From: Microcoleus sp. Aus8_D1
GTDB lineage: Bacteria; Cyanobacteriota; Cyanobacteriia; Cyanobacteriales; Microcoleaceae
Reading direction: 5' to 3'
Assembly: GCF_036702645.1 (NCBI RefSeq)
Contig: NZ_JAUBUO010000016.1
Coordinates: 28,186-92,185 of the forward strand
DNA length: 64,000 nt
Made by a program: the position numbers and the translations under genes. The notes beneath the pieces are model-generated. The model was not told where the DNA came from and did not search any database. It was given only the letters and a program-made list of their open reading frames with translations. Of the stretch, positions 20,583-30,691 are shown piece after piece (position 1 is the stretch's first letter; every line of letters begins with the position of its first letter).

Positions 20583-22124
20583 TTGCTCATGTCGCAGTCA
20601 AAAGTCGATCGCGTAACAGTCCCCCCGATGGACGAATACAACCAAAAATTAGTCTCCTACTTGCATCCGCCAGATTGGGTAAACCCGCAGCCCGCTAGCA
20701 GCTACAACTTAGTAGTAATTGGCGCGGGCCCCGCCGGATTAATTGTAGCTGCGGGCGCCGCAGGTTTGGGTGCAAAAGTTGCTTTAATTGAAAAACATTT
20801 GATGGGTGGCGACTGTTTGAATGTCGGTTGTGTCCCGTCAAAGGCTTTAATTCGATCGGCTCGGGCTGTCGGCGAGATCTGGAATGCGAGTAAATTTGGG
20901 ATTAATGTTTCTAACAGTGCAGAAGTGGATTTTGCTGCTGTCATGGAAAGGCTGCGCCGGATTAGGGCCCGAATCAGCGATGTTGATTCTGCCGATCGCT
21001 ACCAGCACAAATTAGGAGTCGATGTTTTCCTAGGTTCCGGTCGCTTTACTAGCAATTCTACCATAGAAGTTGCAGGTCAAACTCTTAAATTCAAAAAAGC
21101 AGTAATTACCACAGGCGCAAGGGCGCTAGAACCGCAAATTCCTGGTTTGCAGGAAGCTGGATATTTGACAAATGAAACTGTATTTAACCTCACAGAAAAA
21201 CCTCAGCGTTTGGCGGTAATTGGCGGTGGGCCGATCGGCTGCGAATTAGCTCAAGCCTTCCGCAGGCTGGGTTCGGAAGTCGTGCTGCTGCACAAAAATG
21301 CTCAGATTTTGGACAAGGAAGATGTCGATGCTGCTAACATCGTGCAGCAGGCTTTTGTGACAGAAGGAATTCAGGTAATTCTAGAATCCAAAATAGAGCG
21401 CGTTGAGCAAACAAATGCAGGCAAAGTCATTTATTATCAATGCCAGGGTAAGGAAGCATCGGTAACAGTAGATGAGATTATTGCGAGTGCGGGACGATCG
21501 CCCAATGTGGAAGGATTGAATCTGGAGGCTGTGGGCGTTGAATACGATACAGGAACCGGCGTAGTTGTCAACGACAACTTGCAAACAACTAATCCCCGCA
21601 TTTACGCCGCCGGTGACATTTGCATGAAGGATAAATTTACCCATGCTGCTGATTTTGCCGCCAGAATGGTCATCCAAAATACGCTGTTTTTAGGGCGCAA
21701 AAAGCTCAGCGCTTTGACGATACCTTGGTGTACTTATACTAGCCCAGAGGTAGCGCGTGTCGGCATGGGCGATCGCGAATTGCAAGCCGCGGGGATTGAT
21801 TTCGATACGTTTTTGATTCCTTTCGATACAGTCGATAGAGCAATTATAGACGGCGAAGAAGAAGGATTTGTGAAAATCTACGTCAAGAAAGGCAGCGACA
21901 AAATATTAGGTGCAACTATTGTAGCACGACACGCTGGCGATATGATCGGTGAGATTACTATGGCAATGGTTAACAATATTGGTTTGGGGAAAATTGCGAG
22001 TGTAATTCACCCATATCCGACGCAAGCAGACGCGATTCGCAAAGCTGGGGATGCCTACAATCGCACTCGTTTGACACCGTTTGTCAAGAATTTATTCAAT
22101 CGCTGGCTGGCTTGGACGCGATAG
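20583..22124 (+). CDS. FAD-dependent pyridine nucleotide-disulfide oxidoreductase (dihydrolipoyl dehydrogenase / mercuric-reductase-like, class I)
   Basis: GAGPAG FAD motif, redox-active GGDCLNVGCVPSKAL, second Rossmann GGGPIGCE, C-terminal dimerization domain. Confidence 0.85.
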   Translation: MLMSQSKVDRVTVPPMDEYNQKLVSYLHPPDWVNPQPASSYNLVVIGAGPAGLIVAAGAAGLGAKVALIEKHLMGGDCLNVGCVPSKALIRSARAVGEIWNASKFGINVSNSAEVDFAAVMERLRRIRARISDVDSADRYQHKLGVDVFLGSGRFTSNSTIEVAGQTLKFKKAVITTGARALEPQIPGLQEAGYLTNETVFNLTEKPQRLAVIGGGPIGCELAQAFRRLGSEVVLLHKNAQILDKEDVDAANIVQQAFVTEGIQVILESKIERVEQTNAGKVIYYQCQGKEASVTVDEIIASAGRSPNVEGLNLEAVGVEYDTGTGVVVNDNLQTTNPRIYAAGDICMKDKFTHAADFAARMVIQNTLFLGRKKLSALTIPWCTYTSPEVARVGMGDRELQAAGIDFDTFLIPFDTVDRAIIDGEEEGFVKIYVKKGSDKILGATIVARHAGDMIGEITMAMVNNIGLGKIASVIHPYPTQADAIRKAGDAYNRTRLTPFVKNLFNRWLAWTR

Positions 22125-22161
22125 ATTGAAATGTATTCAACCAACACCAGGTACAATTGAA

Positions 22162-22368
22162 CCGTAGGGGCGGGTTCACCGAAATCTCGAACGCAAATCC
22201 AACAATCTGATAAACCCGCCCTGCCCCCGCCCAATTTTACATCAACATTTTATCCAATAAATTAAGGGTAGATTTGTATTTGCGATCGGGTGGGGGCGGG
22301 TTTACGAGATGATTCATTTTCGCCATAGAGGGTTGGCGAACCCGCCCCTACGCGGATTGCGGTTTTCG
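22162..22368. repeat. MITE-like element, family B, full copy
   Basis: About 85 percent identical over ~195 bp to 7088..7285, same 17-bp terminal inverted repeats. Confidence 0.8.
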
Positions 22369-22378
22369 ACATTCCCAT

Positions 22379-22972
22379 TTACGTTTCTGTTTCTGTTTCT
22401 GTTTCAAATTGAACGCCTTCATACAAAAGTTCGATCGGCAAATCAAACCCAATACTTGATAAAGTAATAATCTCCCCAGCAGTGTAAGCATAGTAAAGCC
22501 ACATTCTGCCCTCTCCGCGACAGTAACGTTCAGCGGAGATTTTTTCTGAGTCAATCAAGATATACTCTTGCAAGCTCGGAATTTTCAGGTAACAAGTGAA
22601 TTTTTCATCCCGATCTTTAGCACTTGTACTGGGGGAGAGAACTTCCACAATGATTTTAGGATTCTGAATAAACTTGCGGGAATTCAAGTCTTGAGAATCG
22701 CAACTGACTATGACATCAGGATAGTAGTAACGGCTTTGAAAACTGACTTGCAATTTCACATCTGACACGTTCATCCGACAACCTCTGGAACGCAGATGCG
22801 GGCGTAATGCAGTATAAAAGTTAAGTGCAAGATCGTTATGGGGAATTGTACTTCCCGTCATGGCAAAAACTTCGCCGTTGACATATTCGTGGCGAATCTC
22901 TTGTTGAGCTTCCCATTCGAGATATTCCTCAACGGTCATTTTTTGGGGTGCTTGGGGAATAGCTATCATCAC
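22379..22972 (-). CDS. Uma2-family (DUF820) putative endonuclease
   Basis: MTVEEYLEWEAQQEIRHEYVNGEVFAMTGSTIPHNDLALN typical Uma2 N-terminus; C-terminal ETETETET comes from a GTTTCT hexamer run. Confidence 0.75.
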   Translation of the reverse strand: MMIAIPQAPQKMTVEEYLEWEAQQEIRHEYVNGEVFAMTGSTIPHNDLALNFYTALRPHLRSRGCRMNVSDVKLQVSFQSRYYYPDVIVSCDSQDLNSRKFIQNPKIIVEVLSPSTSAKDRDEKFTCYLKIPSLQEYILIDSEKISAERYCRGEGRMWLYYAYTAGEIITLSSIGFDLPIELLYEGVQFETETETET

Positions 22973-23023
22973 AAAATTTTTGTTAATGTTACTTTGATTA
23001 TAGCATTAGATATTGCTGTAGCC

Positions 23024-23443
23024 TCACCCGCACTCACTTGACCGATCGATTAAATTCAATCTATTTTCATACCCCCGCATTATCTTCTGTAATACGTACC
23101 TTAACCTTTCAAAGTCAGCATCTTCTAAAGAGAAAGTAATTGCAACCTCATCGCATTCTAGAAGAGTTATAGTATCGGAACCAAAGCGAACAGTAAATCC
23201 CTCGCGACTAAGAGTAACCCAATCGATGCCTACATCTTCTGTCCAGTATTCATCGTCGAATTCTGCATAGATGTTTTTTCTGTTAGGAACAGTCTCTTCT
23301 TCAGATTCTTCTTGTCGTGTCAGGATGAAATAATGTTCGCCCCCCTTAGCTTCAGAAAAACCCACATACAAATTGGCTTCAATAGCCTCAACGCAAGGGG
23401 CAAAAAATTCAGTTTTCATAATTTTAAAAATCCCCTTCATCAA
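23024..23443 (-). CDS. Hypothetical acidic 139-aa protein, 20-nt overlap with pnkp 3' end (possible third cassette gene)
   Basis: ORF directly downstream of pnkp on the same strand with overlap; no recognisable motif. Confidence 0.45.
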   Translation of the reverse strand: MMKGIFKIMKTEFFAPCVEAIEANLYVGFSEAKGGEHYFILTRQEESEEETVPNRKNIYAEFDDEYWTEDVGIDWVTLSREGFTVRFGSDTITLLECDEVAITFSLEDADFERLRYVLQKIMRGYENRLNLIDRSSECG

Positions 23444-24428
23444 CTTGAAATACAGTCAATCCCAACGACCTCCACATATCAACAACTTGCTGGCGATCGT
23501 CCAATACAAACTTAACATTATATTGTCCTGCAATATGCTGCTGATAGATTTCCTCCTTCATAATCGCATCCTTCCTCATATCCCCAGTTTTCCGCATATA
23601 GAGGCCTGCATAATTGACCTCGTATTGCCGCAACCATTGTTCAGTCTGAGGTTGACAGTCATCGGTTCTACCCGATACTACGATAATATTAACGCTAGAC
23701 TGCCACTTGCGGACGGTATCTAAGACGGGCTGATTCGGTAAATCGCGATCGCACTTTGAAGCATCAAAAGGATTTCTACCATTGAGAAGCGCTAATGTAC
23801 CGTCCATATCCACAAGAATTGCATCCGGCAAATCCGGGTTGTATTCCGGCGGCGCAACCGGAACCCGCACGTACTTATTGTACATTTTCATTATCACATC
23901 TTTACCCACCGAATTAAGTCTTTTCAAATCCCGTTTAATACACTCCTCCACCGGAACTTGCAGGAAAGAATCATTAACTTCCACGATGGCTTTACCCTTA
24001 ACCAACTCCTTGATATGCTCGATGTGAGGCCCGAAATTAGTATCATCAACAATCACGTGCTTGCCACTTTCCAAAGCCATCAGAATAATCGTATCTCTCA
24101 ACTGCACAATAAACTTTTCATTCGCCGGAGACCAATGAGAAGCGTGAGCCATTTCTCGAAGTAAATCTTTATTGCTACGCACCCACCGTGCAGGTTCAGA
24201 CAGCAGCAATTCTCTCGCAAATTGAGATTTTCCAGAAGCAGGTAAGCCGACAAGTACAATAACTCTTTTCATGGTAAATTGGTAATTGGGCATTGGGCAT
24301 TGGCTTGCGCAGGGCATTGGCTTGCGCAGGGCATTGGGCATTGGGAATAGTATTTCACCGTAGGGTGCGTCGCCGCCGAAAAGCTCTAAATCAAGCTCGA
24401 CAATCTCATAGCGACGCACCTTAAACAA
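23424..24428 (-). CDS. pnkp: Polynucleotide 5'-kinase/3'-phosphatase, phage T4 Pnkp-like
   Basis: N-terminal P-loop kinase (VLVGLPASGKSQFA) plus C-terminal HAD phosphatase (LVDMDGTLA ... MRKDAIMKEEIY ... VLDDRQQVVDMWRSLGLTVFQVDEGDF); strong similarity in order and wording to T4 Pnk, including the terminal GDF. Confidence 0.85.
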   Translation of the reverse strand: MFKVRRYEIVELDLELFGGDAPYGEILFPMPNALRKPMPCASQCPMPNYQFTMKRVIVLVGLPASGKSQFARELLLSEPARWVRSNKDLLREMAHASHWSPANEKFIVQLRDTIILMALESGKHVIVDDTNFGPHIEHIKELVKGKAIVEVNDSFLQVPVEECIKRDLKRLNSVGKDVIMKMYNKYVRVPVAPPEYNPDLPDAILVDMDGTLALLNGRNPFDASKCDRDLPNQPVLDTVRKWQSSVNIIVVSGRTDDCQPQTEQWLRQYEVNYAGLYMRKTGDMRKDAIMKEEIYQQHIAGQYNVKFVLDDRQQVVDMWRSLGLTVFQVDEGDF

Positions 24429-24480
24429 TAGTTCGCTTGGAGTTCTACTTTATATGACTGCAAACCATCGATTAGTGTAT

Positions 24481-25566
24481 TTACAAACCTAAATTGATAT
24501 AATCCAAACCCAATAACTCCTCTATCTTATGAATCGTAACATCGCGGAGAGCTTCTTTCACTCCGGCAACCCTGCGAGCCCGCAAAGAAAACAAAATCCC
24601 AGAATACGGCAAATGCTTGACAGCTAACGCAAAATCTTTCTGAACTTCGATATGTTCGTGCTGTCGGTAAACCTCCTCGATTTCTTGAACTAACAATTCA
24701 TATTTACTCTTAACTTTTTGATACAAGTCAATCCACTCGGGAAAATAAGCTAAAAACTCTTCTCCTTCATTAGTCAAAACAATTTCGATCATCCGCCGCG
24801 TCGAAAACCCTTCGCGAAGGTGGGAAATCGCCACATATTGCGGAGACTTAACCTTAACTCGGTTGAAGTTAGCATCGCAGATAATATACCCTTCCGAATC
24901 CATCGGATCTAAATGTTGAGCCGCTTCGATAACTTCTTTCCAGCTAGTTAAAGGATAGGATGCTACCAACTCCCAGCCATATTTATTTGCCCAGATACTG
25001 GGGTCAGTTTCTAGAAGTGTTTGAGTGTTGCGAACCCCGTGCAGGACAATTTGATTATTTTTTTGCTGCACAACTATTCTATTGTAAGGCGTCATCAACT
25101 CAAAGATAAAACACTCGTCGGTGGCTTCCGGTAATTGATATCCCAATTCTTGCCAGACTTTCCAAAATAGTTCGGCAAAGCTGAATCCAAAACCGTTAAC
25201 TTCACCCGCTGCATCGGGAGTGCCGCTAGATTGCACTCTCCATTCTCCGTTATAAAAATACAGTACAGTTAGAGAACCGTCTAGTTTTTCGTAAACTTTG
25301 GCGCGACTCCAATCAATTGCTGCGGCGTGGCCTTCCCCGTAGTTAAAAAATTTGTCGTAGGGATAAGAAACAATCTGCCAATCTTGAGACTCATCTAAAA
25401 TAATGCCCCGGCACTGCTGGACTATTTTTTCGCCCAGCGGGGATTCTATCTGCGAGTATTTCAGACAGACTAAATCGGGATATTGGCGGTGGCGGGTAAC
25501 TTTGATATGATAAGTTTCGCACAAAGTTTCTAATCCGTGCTGGCGTAAATACTCTTGCAGTTCCAC
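24481..25566 (-). CDS. rnl: ATP-dependent RNA ligase, T4 Rnl1 family
   Basis: Nucleotidyltransferase motif I KLDGSL at ~residue 94 (T4 Rnl1 KEDGSL at 99), CRGIILDE, DKFFNYGEG, EGYIICD...VKVKSPQYVAISH matching Rnl1 motifs; 361 aa (T4 Rnl1 374 aa). Confidence 0.8.
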   Translation of the reverse strand: MELQEYLRQHGLETLCETYHIKVTRHRQYPDLVCLKYSQIESPLGEKIVQQCRGIILDESQDWQIVSYPYDKFFNYGEGHAAAIDWSRAKVYEKLDGSLTVLYFYNGEWRVQSSGTPDAAGEVNGFGFSFAELFWKVWQELGYQLPEATDECFIFELMTPYNRIVVQQKNNQIVLHGVRNTQTLLETDPSIWANKYGWELVASYPLTSWKEVIEAAQHLDPMDSEGYIICDANFNRVKVKSPQYVAISHLREGFSTRRMIEIVLTNEGEEFLAYFPEWIDLYQKVKSKYELLVQEIEEVYRQHEHIEVQKDFALAVKHLPYSGILFSLRARRVAGVKEALRDVTIHKIEELLGLDYINLGL

Positions 25567-25743
25567 GTTCGACTCCTAAATTACTCGCCTTCTCTATCTT
25601 ATCTCTTACTGCATATTTCCGTGCATTTGTAAATAAAATTTAAACTGGCTTTTTTCCTGAATGCCTGTTGTGGCTTTTGTATTTTGGAGTTGTGTTGTAA
25701 ATTAAGTGAACACGGTTCAGTGCAAAACTAGACTGTTTCGACA

Positions 25744-26319
25744 TTGAGGACAAAAATAGTGAACAATAAATTATTACTTTTGGCGACTTCTGCCTGCGTA
25801 TTGACTGCTTTGGTACCTGTATCGCAAGTTTTTGGTGCGGGATCATTGCCGCAGATGCTGGCGGAAACAAAGCCTGTTGCTCAAGCTGATGCTGCTGTGC
25901 CGGTCAGTGAAATTTTGCCAAAGTTAAAAGGTAAAACACAAGTGCCAATTTTTATCCCCAGCTTGGTTCCTGTTTCGCAGAAACTTTACTATCAAACCCA
26001 AAGTAAACCCGACAGCTATAGTGTTTCTATGGAGTTTACAGCAGATTGCAAAGGTACGGGAGCTTGCACTCTTGGGGAAATTAGAGGTCAAAAAGGTGGT
26101 GAGTTTTCTACTAAAATGGAAGGGGTAACTAAGACGTTAAAAACTGTTCAACTTGCGGGCGGAGTGAAAGGAAATTTTCACAACGGTTGCGGGGCTTACT
26201 GTACGGCAAGTCTTGAGTGGAAAACTCAGGGTTTTATGTATACTGTAGCCCTTAAAAACGGACTGGAAGCAGATGTAATTAAGATTGCAAATTCTGCTAT
26301 TCAAGCTGGGAAACGCTAA
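25744..26319 (+). CDS. Secreted hypothetical protein (signal peptide) with Cys-containing C-terminal domain
   Basis: N-terminal signal-like LLLLATSACVLTALVP; C-terminal ~140 aa homologous to C-terminus of 26491..27525 (KGKTxVPIFxP ... CxGxxCT ... NxCGAYCTASxEW ... VxxIxNSAxQAG[KQ]R). Confidence 0.55.
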   Translation: MRTKIVNNKLLLLATSACVLTALVPVSQVFGAGSLPQMLAETKPVAQADAAVPVSEILPKLKGKTQVPIFIPSLVPVSQKLYYQTQSKPDSYSVSMEFTADCKGTGACTLGEIRGQKGGEFSTKMEGVTKTLKTVQLAGGVKGNFHNGCGAYCTASLEWKTQGFMYTVALKNGLEADVIKIANSAIQAGKR

Positions 26320-26490
26320 GAGGATTTTCGTTTTTTGATTGGGTATTTTTTACTCGTTTAATCACAAGTATCCGAAGAGAGGAACGAAGCAATCTTAGTC
26401 TTGACGATTGCTTCGTTCCTCTCTTGGGACAGACAATATATATTTTTGTAGCCGGGAAGTTAACCAGTTAAAGAATGTACTATAGTTTTT

Positions 26491-27525
26491 TTGCGCTTAC
26501 CTACTGAGAGGGAAATTAGGATGAGGGGAAGATGGCTATTTGGGGCGATTTTTGCTGGTGTGGGGACTGCTTTGACGATCGCACTTTTGACGCCCAACTC
26601 CGCGCTAGCACGTCCAGAAGTGTCTGTGACCGAAATTCGCTGGTTTAATTATACCTCCAAAGATGGCTGGCAATCCATCCAATTTATTGTGCCCGATCGC
26701 AATACTGCACAATCTGTTAGCAGCCGCAAGCTGCGCCCCTACGACGTTCATATTGCCAAGATGTTTGAGATTTCGCGTTTTTTGTGCGATCGCGATCGGA
26801 CTTCTGAAGGTTACAATTGGTCTTACCAAGCCGAAAATGGCAACATTGACATGGGAAGCTTCAAAATTAGCTGCCAGAGAGCCCGCTCCACAGCCGCAAC
26901 TTACGGATTAGGCAAACCGGAAAATACAGTCATTCGCCGCAACTTCGACCTTAACAAGGGTCGCCCTTCTATTGCCGTAGAAAAATATTATATTCCCACT
27001 CTGAACGTTAGTAAAAATAGAGTTTTGCAGTGGATAGATTTTGTCCAAAAGTTCCCCCCAATTCCCGATAAGTCAGGTGCAAATCAAGCTAAAAATCGTT
27101 TTCCTGCGAACAACATCTTTCAGCAAATCAAAGGCAAAACGCGAGTCCCTATTTTCCTCCCCAATATACTGCCTTTATCTGACACTCAGCAACTAGATTT
27201 TGATGTGCAAGCGGGTTCCCACGGCTACATTGTTGAAATGTATTTAGGCAAAGGATGCCGTGGAGGAGCCTGTACTTTTGGCAGCATCGAAGCGAAAAGA
27301 GATGAACCGTTTTCGCCTCCTTCACAATTGCCCAGAGATATTTATAGAAGCATTGAATTGGCAGGCGGAATCAGAGGAATTTATTTCAATAGTTGCGGTG
27401 CTTACTGCACTGCTTCTGTGGAGTGGCAAAGGCTGGGGGTGCTGTATCGAGTAAGTGTCAAAAATGGACGGCAGTCAGATGTTGTTGCGATTGTAAATTC
27501 TGCACTTCAAGCAGGACAACGTTAA
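26491..27525 (+). CDS. Secreted hypothetical protein, paralog of 25744..26319 in its C-terminal domain
   Basis: TM/signal segment WLFGAIFAGVGTALTIALL; shared C-terminal domain with conserved Cys residues. Confidence 0.55.
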   Translation: MRLPTEREIRMRGRWLFGAIFAGVGTALTIALLTPNSALARPEVSVTEIRWFNYTSKDGWQSIQFIVPDRNTAQSVSSRKLRPYDVHIAKMFEISRFLCDRDRTSEGYNWSYQAENGNIDMGSFKISCQRARSTAATYGLGKPENTVIRRNFDLNKGRPSIAVEKYYIPTLNVSKNRVLQWIDFVQKFPPIPDKSGANQAKNRFPANNIFQQIKGKTRVPIFLPNILPLSDTQQLDFDVQAGSHGYIVEMYLGKGCRGGACTFGSIEAKRDEPFSPPSQLPRDIYRSIELAGGIRGIYFNSCGAYCTASVEWQRLGVLYRVSVKNGRQSDVVAIVNSALQAGQR

Positions 27526-28136
27526 TACTATTTTCGATTGGCGATTCCAGTTGATGTACAATTAAAGTGTACCGAAAAAACCAATAAGATGCCTGCGATT
27601 AGCGTTGAAGAAGCCAAGCAGAATCTGCAAGCTATCTTGGAAAAGGAAGAGAAATGGTATCGCCTGCTTCTCGATCGACACGACATAAAAAGTAACGGGC
27701 TACATCAAGAGCATTTTTCAGGGTTTTAGGACTTTAGTAATTTGACCAATTAACTTTTGATGGTACTCTATTAGCCTGGTTGAGAAGTTCGATCGCAATT
27801 ACATCGCCCTTTTCCCCTCCTGTCTATATTTCTCTCTCCAAATCCCGCCACCTTTGAGCTAACTCTGCCGCCGGCTTCTACCGCATTCATCCGCATTAAC
27901 TATACGAAAATCATACATCCTCGGCTGCCTTTGGCTCGGAATGCCGATCGGCTCAAGCCACCCAAGCCAACGCAAAATTGGAAACACCCTCAAAGCTCGC
28001 TGCTGCTACGGGTCAATATCTGGTATTGCTATTTGATCGCCCGAATTGTCCCAACCAGCAATTAAAGTCCCCACCTGCGGTACGCTAGATCAGGTGAATA
28101 TACTGGCTCATTTCAAGCTATCCTGCGATCGATCTT

Positions 28137-29108
28137 ATGTCCCCAACCACATCTGCCCCTTCCCGAACCGTCCGCATCGGTTCTCGCAAAAGCCAACTCG
28201 CCCTCGTTCAAACCCACTGGGTGCAAGCAGAGCTACAGAAACACTTCCCGGAACACACTTTTGAAGTCCACACCATGTCCACCCAAGGGGACATAATTCT
28301 TGATGTCGCCCTCGCTAAAATTGGCGATAAAGGACTTTTCACCAAAGAATTAGAAACGGGAATGCTGAACAACGAAACGGACTTTGCCGTTCATTCCCTC
28401 AAAGATTTGCCTACCAATTTACCCGAAGGTTTAATTTTAGGATGCGTCACCGAACGGGAAAATCCCGCTGACGCCCTCGTAGTTCACTCCAAGCACAAAG
28501 ACAAGCAACTCGACACCCTCCCAGAAGGTTCCGTAATCGGCACTTCTTCCCTGCGCAGGCTGGCTCAACTGCGGCACCATTTCCCTCATTTTGTATTCAA
28601 AGATATTCGCGGCAATCTCAATACTCGACTCGCTAAATTAGATGATGGCGGTTACGACGCGATTATTCTAGCAGTCGCCGGACTCGAAAGATTGGGAATG
28701 GGCGATCGCATCCACCAAATTATCGCTCCTGAAATCTCCCTCCACGCCGTCGGACAAGGTGCTTTGGGCATCGAATGCCGCGCCGGAGACACAGAAATCA
28801 TGGCAGTAATTAAAGCTCTCGAACACTCCGAAACCGCCCAAAGATGTTATGCTGAACGCGCATTTCTGCGGGAATTAGAAGGCGGCTGTCAAGTACCCAT
28901 CGGCGTCAATACCAAAATAGAAAACGGTCAATTAACCTTAACCGGCATGGTATCCAGTCTCGACGGCCAGCGATTCGTCAAAGATACTGTTTCCGGCGCA
29001 GCCGAGACTGCTGAAATGCTGGGAATAGACCTCGCCCACCGCCTGCGCGCCCAGGGAGCCAGTGCAATTTTAGAGGAAATATTTGTCGAAGTTCAACGCG
29101 GTTCATAA
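28137..29108 (+). CDS. hemC: Porphobilinogen deaminase (hydroxymethylbilane synthase)
   Basis: [18 protein letters not shown], Tx[10 protein letters not shown], dipyrromethane cofactor Cys region ([10 protein letters not shown]). Confidence 0.9.
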   Translation: MSPTTSAPSRTVRIGSRKSQLALVQTHWVQAELQKHFPEHTFEVHTMSTQGDIILDVALAKIGDKGLFTKELETGMLNNETDFAVHSLKDLPTNLPEGLILGCVTERENPADALVVHSKHKDKQLDTLPEGSVIGTSSLRRLAQLRHHFPHFVFKDIRGNLNTRLAKLDDGGYDAIILAVAGLERLGMGDRIHQIIAPEISLHAVGQGALGIECRAGDTEIMAVIKALEHSETAQRCYAERAFLRELEGGCQVPIGVNTKIENGQLTLTGMVSSLDGQRFVKDTVSGAAETAEMLGIDLAHRLRAQGASAILEEIFVEVQRGS

Positions 29109-29305
29109 ATGCGATCGGCATCTATTTGTCAATGCTTTGAGACCCGAAACATCGCCTTTTGTAAAATAAAAATAATTGGCGGTTTTCTTTTGCTTTCACA
29201 GGTACAATAGCAGTCTGATTGTAGATTTTAGATAGATGGTGATTTAAAATAAAATTGCCGATTTCACAAATATCTGACTAATTTAGGACGCTCCGCACGG
29301 GTGTT

Positions 29306-29375
29306 GAGAAACCCGGTTTATGGATGGATGCCTTGCTGTAAAGCCCAGGATTTTTCGTAGAAACCGGGTTTCTTT
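29306..29375. repeat. Family A hairpin element (variant termini)
   Basis: gagaaacccggtttatgg...tagaaaccgggtttcttt. Confidence 0.65.
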
Positions 29376-29455
29376 GCATCACCCCGATAGTCAATATACC
29401 AACCCAAAATCTACAATCAAACCTCGACAATAAACCAGCAACCTATTTCAGGGAA

Positions 29456-30295
29456 ATGCAAAATATGAGCGCTCAGGAAACTCAATTAAAGCTAGAATTG
29501 GCAAAATTTCAGCAACTTTATCGCAAAATGCAGGCAGATCGAAAAGCTTTGCAGCAGCAATTGAAAGAGTTTAAAAGCCAGACGGGAAACTTTTCCGATG
29601 TAGTCGAGCAAGTCTTGCCCTCGGTAGTTTCAGTTTACGTGATGGATTGGGATACAGGAGAAGAGATTTCCTCCGGAAGCGGCTTTTTTGTATCCCCCGA
29701 CATAATTGTCACTAACTATCACGTTGTCGAAGATATTGCCGATGAAGATTACTTCTACGAGGAAGATGAAGTCGAACAGGTTTTAGTCGAAACTCACGAC
29801 GGAAAGTTGAGAATGGCAGAGGTGGTATTTACTGGTAATGCGGAAGAGGATTTAGCATTGCTTTTGATTACTGGTTTTATCATCGATCCGAAAACAGGAG
29901 AACAAGTAGAATCTCCCGAAGAATATCCTCCCCTAGAGTTGTCTTTTGATGTGAAAGTTGGCGATCGAGTAATTGCTGTGGGAAATCCTTTGGGCCAGTT
30001 GGCGGCAACGGTAACTCAGGGTATTATTAGTGAAATTCGCGAACCCGATGAGTATGAGGAAGGCGACGAAGATGATGATGATATTGCTGAGGTGAAGGTG
30101 TTGCAAACTGATGCGGCGATTAATCCGGGAAATTCGGGCGGCCCGTTGATTAATATGGCCGGTCAAGTTGTTGGGGTGAATACGTGGGGGTTGGAAGATG
30201 CTGATAGTATTAATTTGGCGATCGCCTCCGTTGCTTTGGATGACTTTTTAGCTGGATTTGAAGAAACTTTTGAGGGTGAGCCTGATGAGGAATAG
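29456..30295 (+). CDS. Trypsin-like serine protease domain protein (S1C/HtrA-like catalytic domain, no PDZ) with acidic insert
   Basis: His region TNYHVV, Asp region EEDLALL, Ser region GNSGGPLIN; N-terminal coiled coil. Confidence 0.75.
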   Translation: MQNMSAQETQLKLELAKFQQLYRKMQADRKALQQQLKEFKSQTGNFSDVVEQVLPSVVSVYVMDWDTGEEISSGSGFFVSPDIIVTNYHVVEDIADEDYFYEEDEVEQVLVETHDGKLRMAEVVFTGNAEEDLALLLITGFIIDPKTGEQVESPEEYPPLELSFDVKVGDRVIAVGNPLGQLAATVTQGIISEIREPDEYEEGDEDDDDIAEVKVLQTDAAINPGNSGGPLINMAGQVVGVNTWGLEDADSINLAIASVALDDFLAGFEETFEGEPDEE

Positions 30296-30327
30296 TCAGT
30301 TATAGCCTTTCCAGCGAAAGATGAGGT

Positions 30328-30378
30328 ACTCATGGCCTCCGTGGCCTCCGTGGCCTCCGTGGCCTCCGTGGCCTCCGT
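30328..30378. repeat. 9-mer tandem (GGCCTCCGT x5) followed at 30415..30480 by TTGACTG/TTGATTG heptamers
   Basis: Read directly. Confidence 0.9.
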
Positions 30379-30691
30379 GGGCATACCTCACTTTTTTGAT
30401 AACGGCTATAATTGTTAATTGTTAGCTATTGACTGTTGACTGTTGATTGTTGATTGTTATCAGCAGTCAGCAGTCATTATTCAATACTTTCAAATTACCC
30501 ATTACCTATTATTAATTTTTGCAGTAGCTTCATTTTTTTACTGCAACATTTTAAAATATATTACAAGTTTTTAACAACTAGCAAAGAGCGATTAGGATCG
30601 ACATAACTTAACGCATCTAAAGTACCGTACTCGTGTCAGTCGCATCTTAATCGGCCGCAAGGCTGCATACACATAGCTAACTATTAAAATC

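Noticed and set aside
30163-30384. 73-aa minus-strand ORF (…TEATEATEATEA…)
   Set aside because: Artefact of translating the GGCCTCCGT x5 nonamer array; overlaps the protease gene 3' end.
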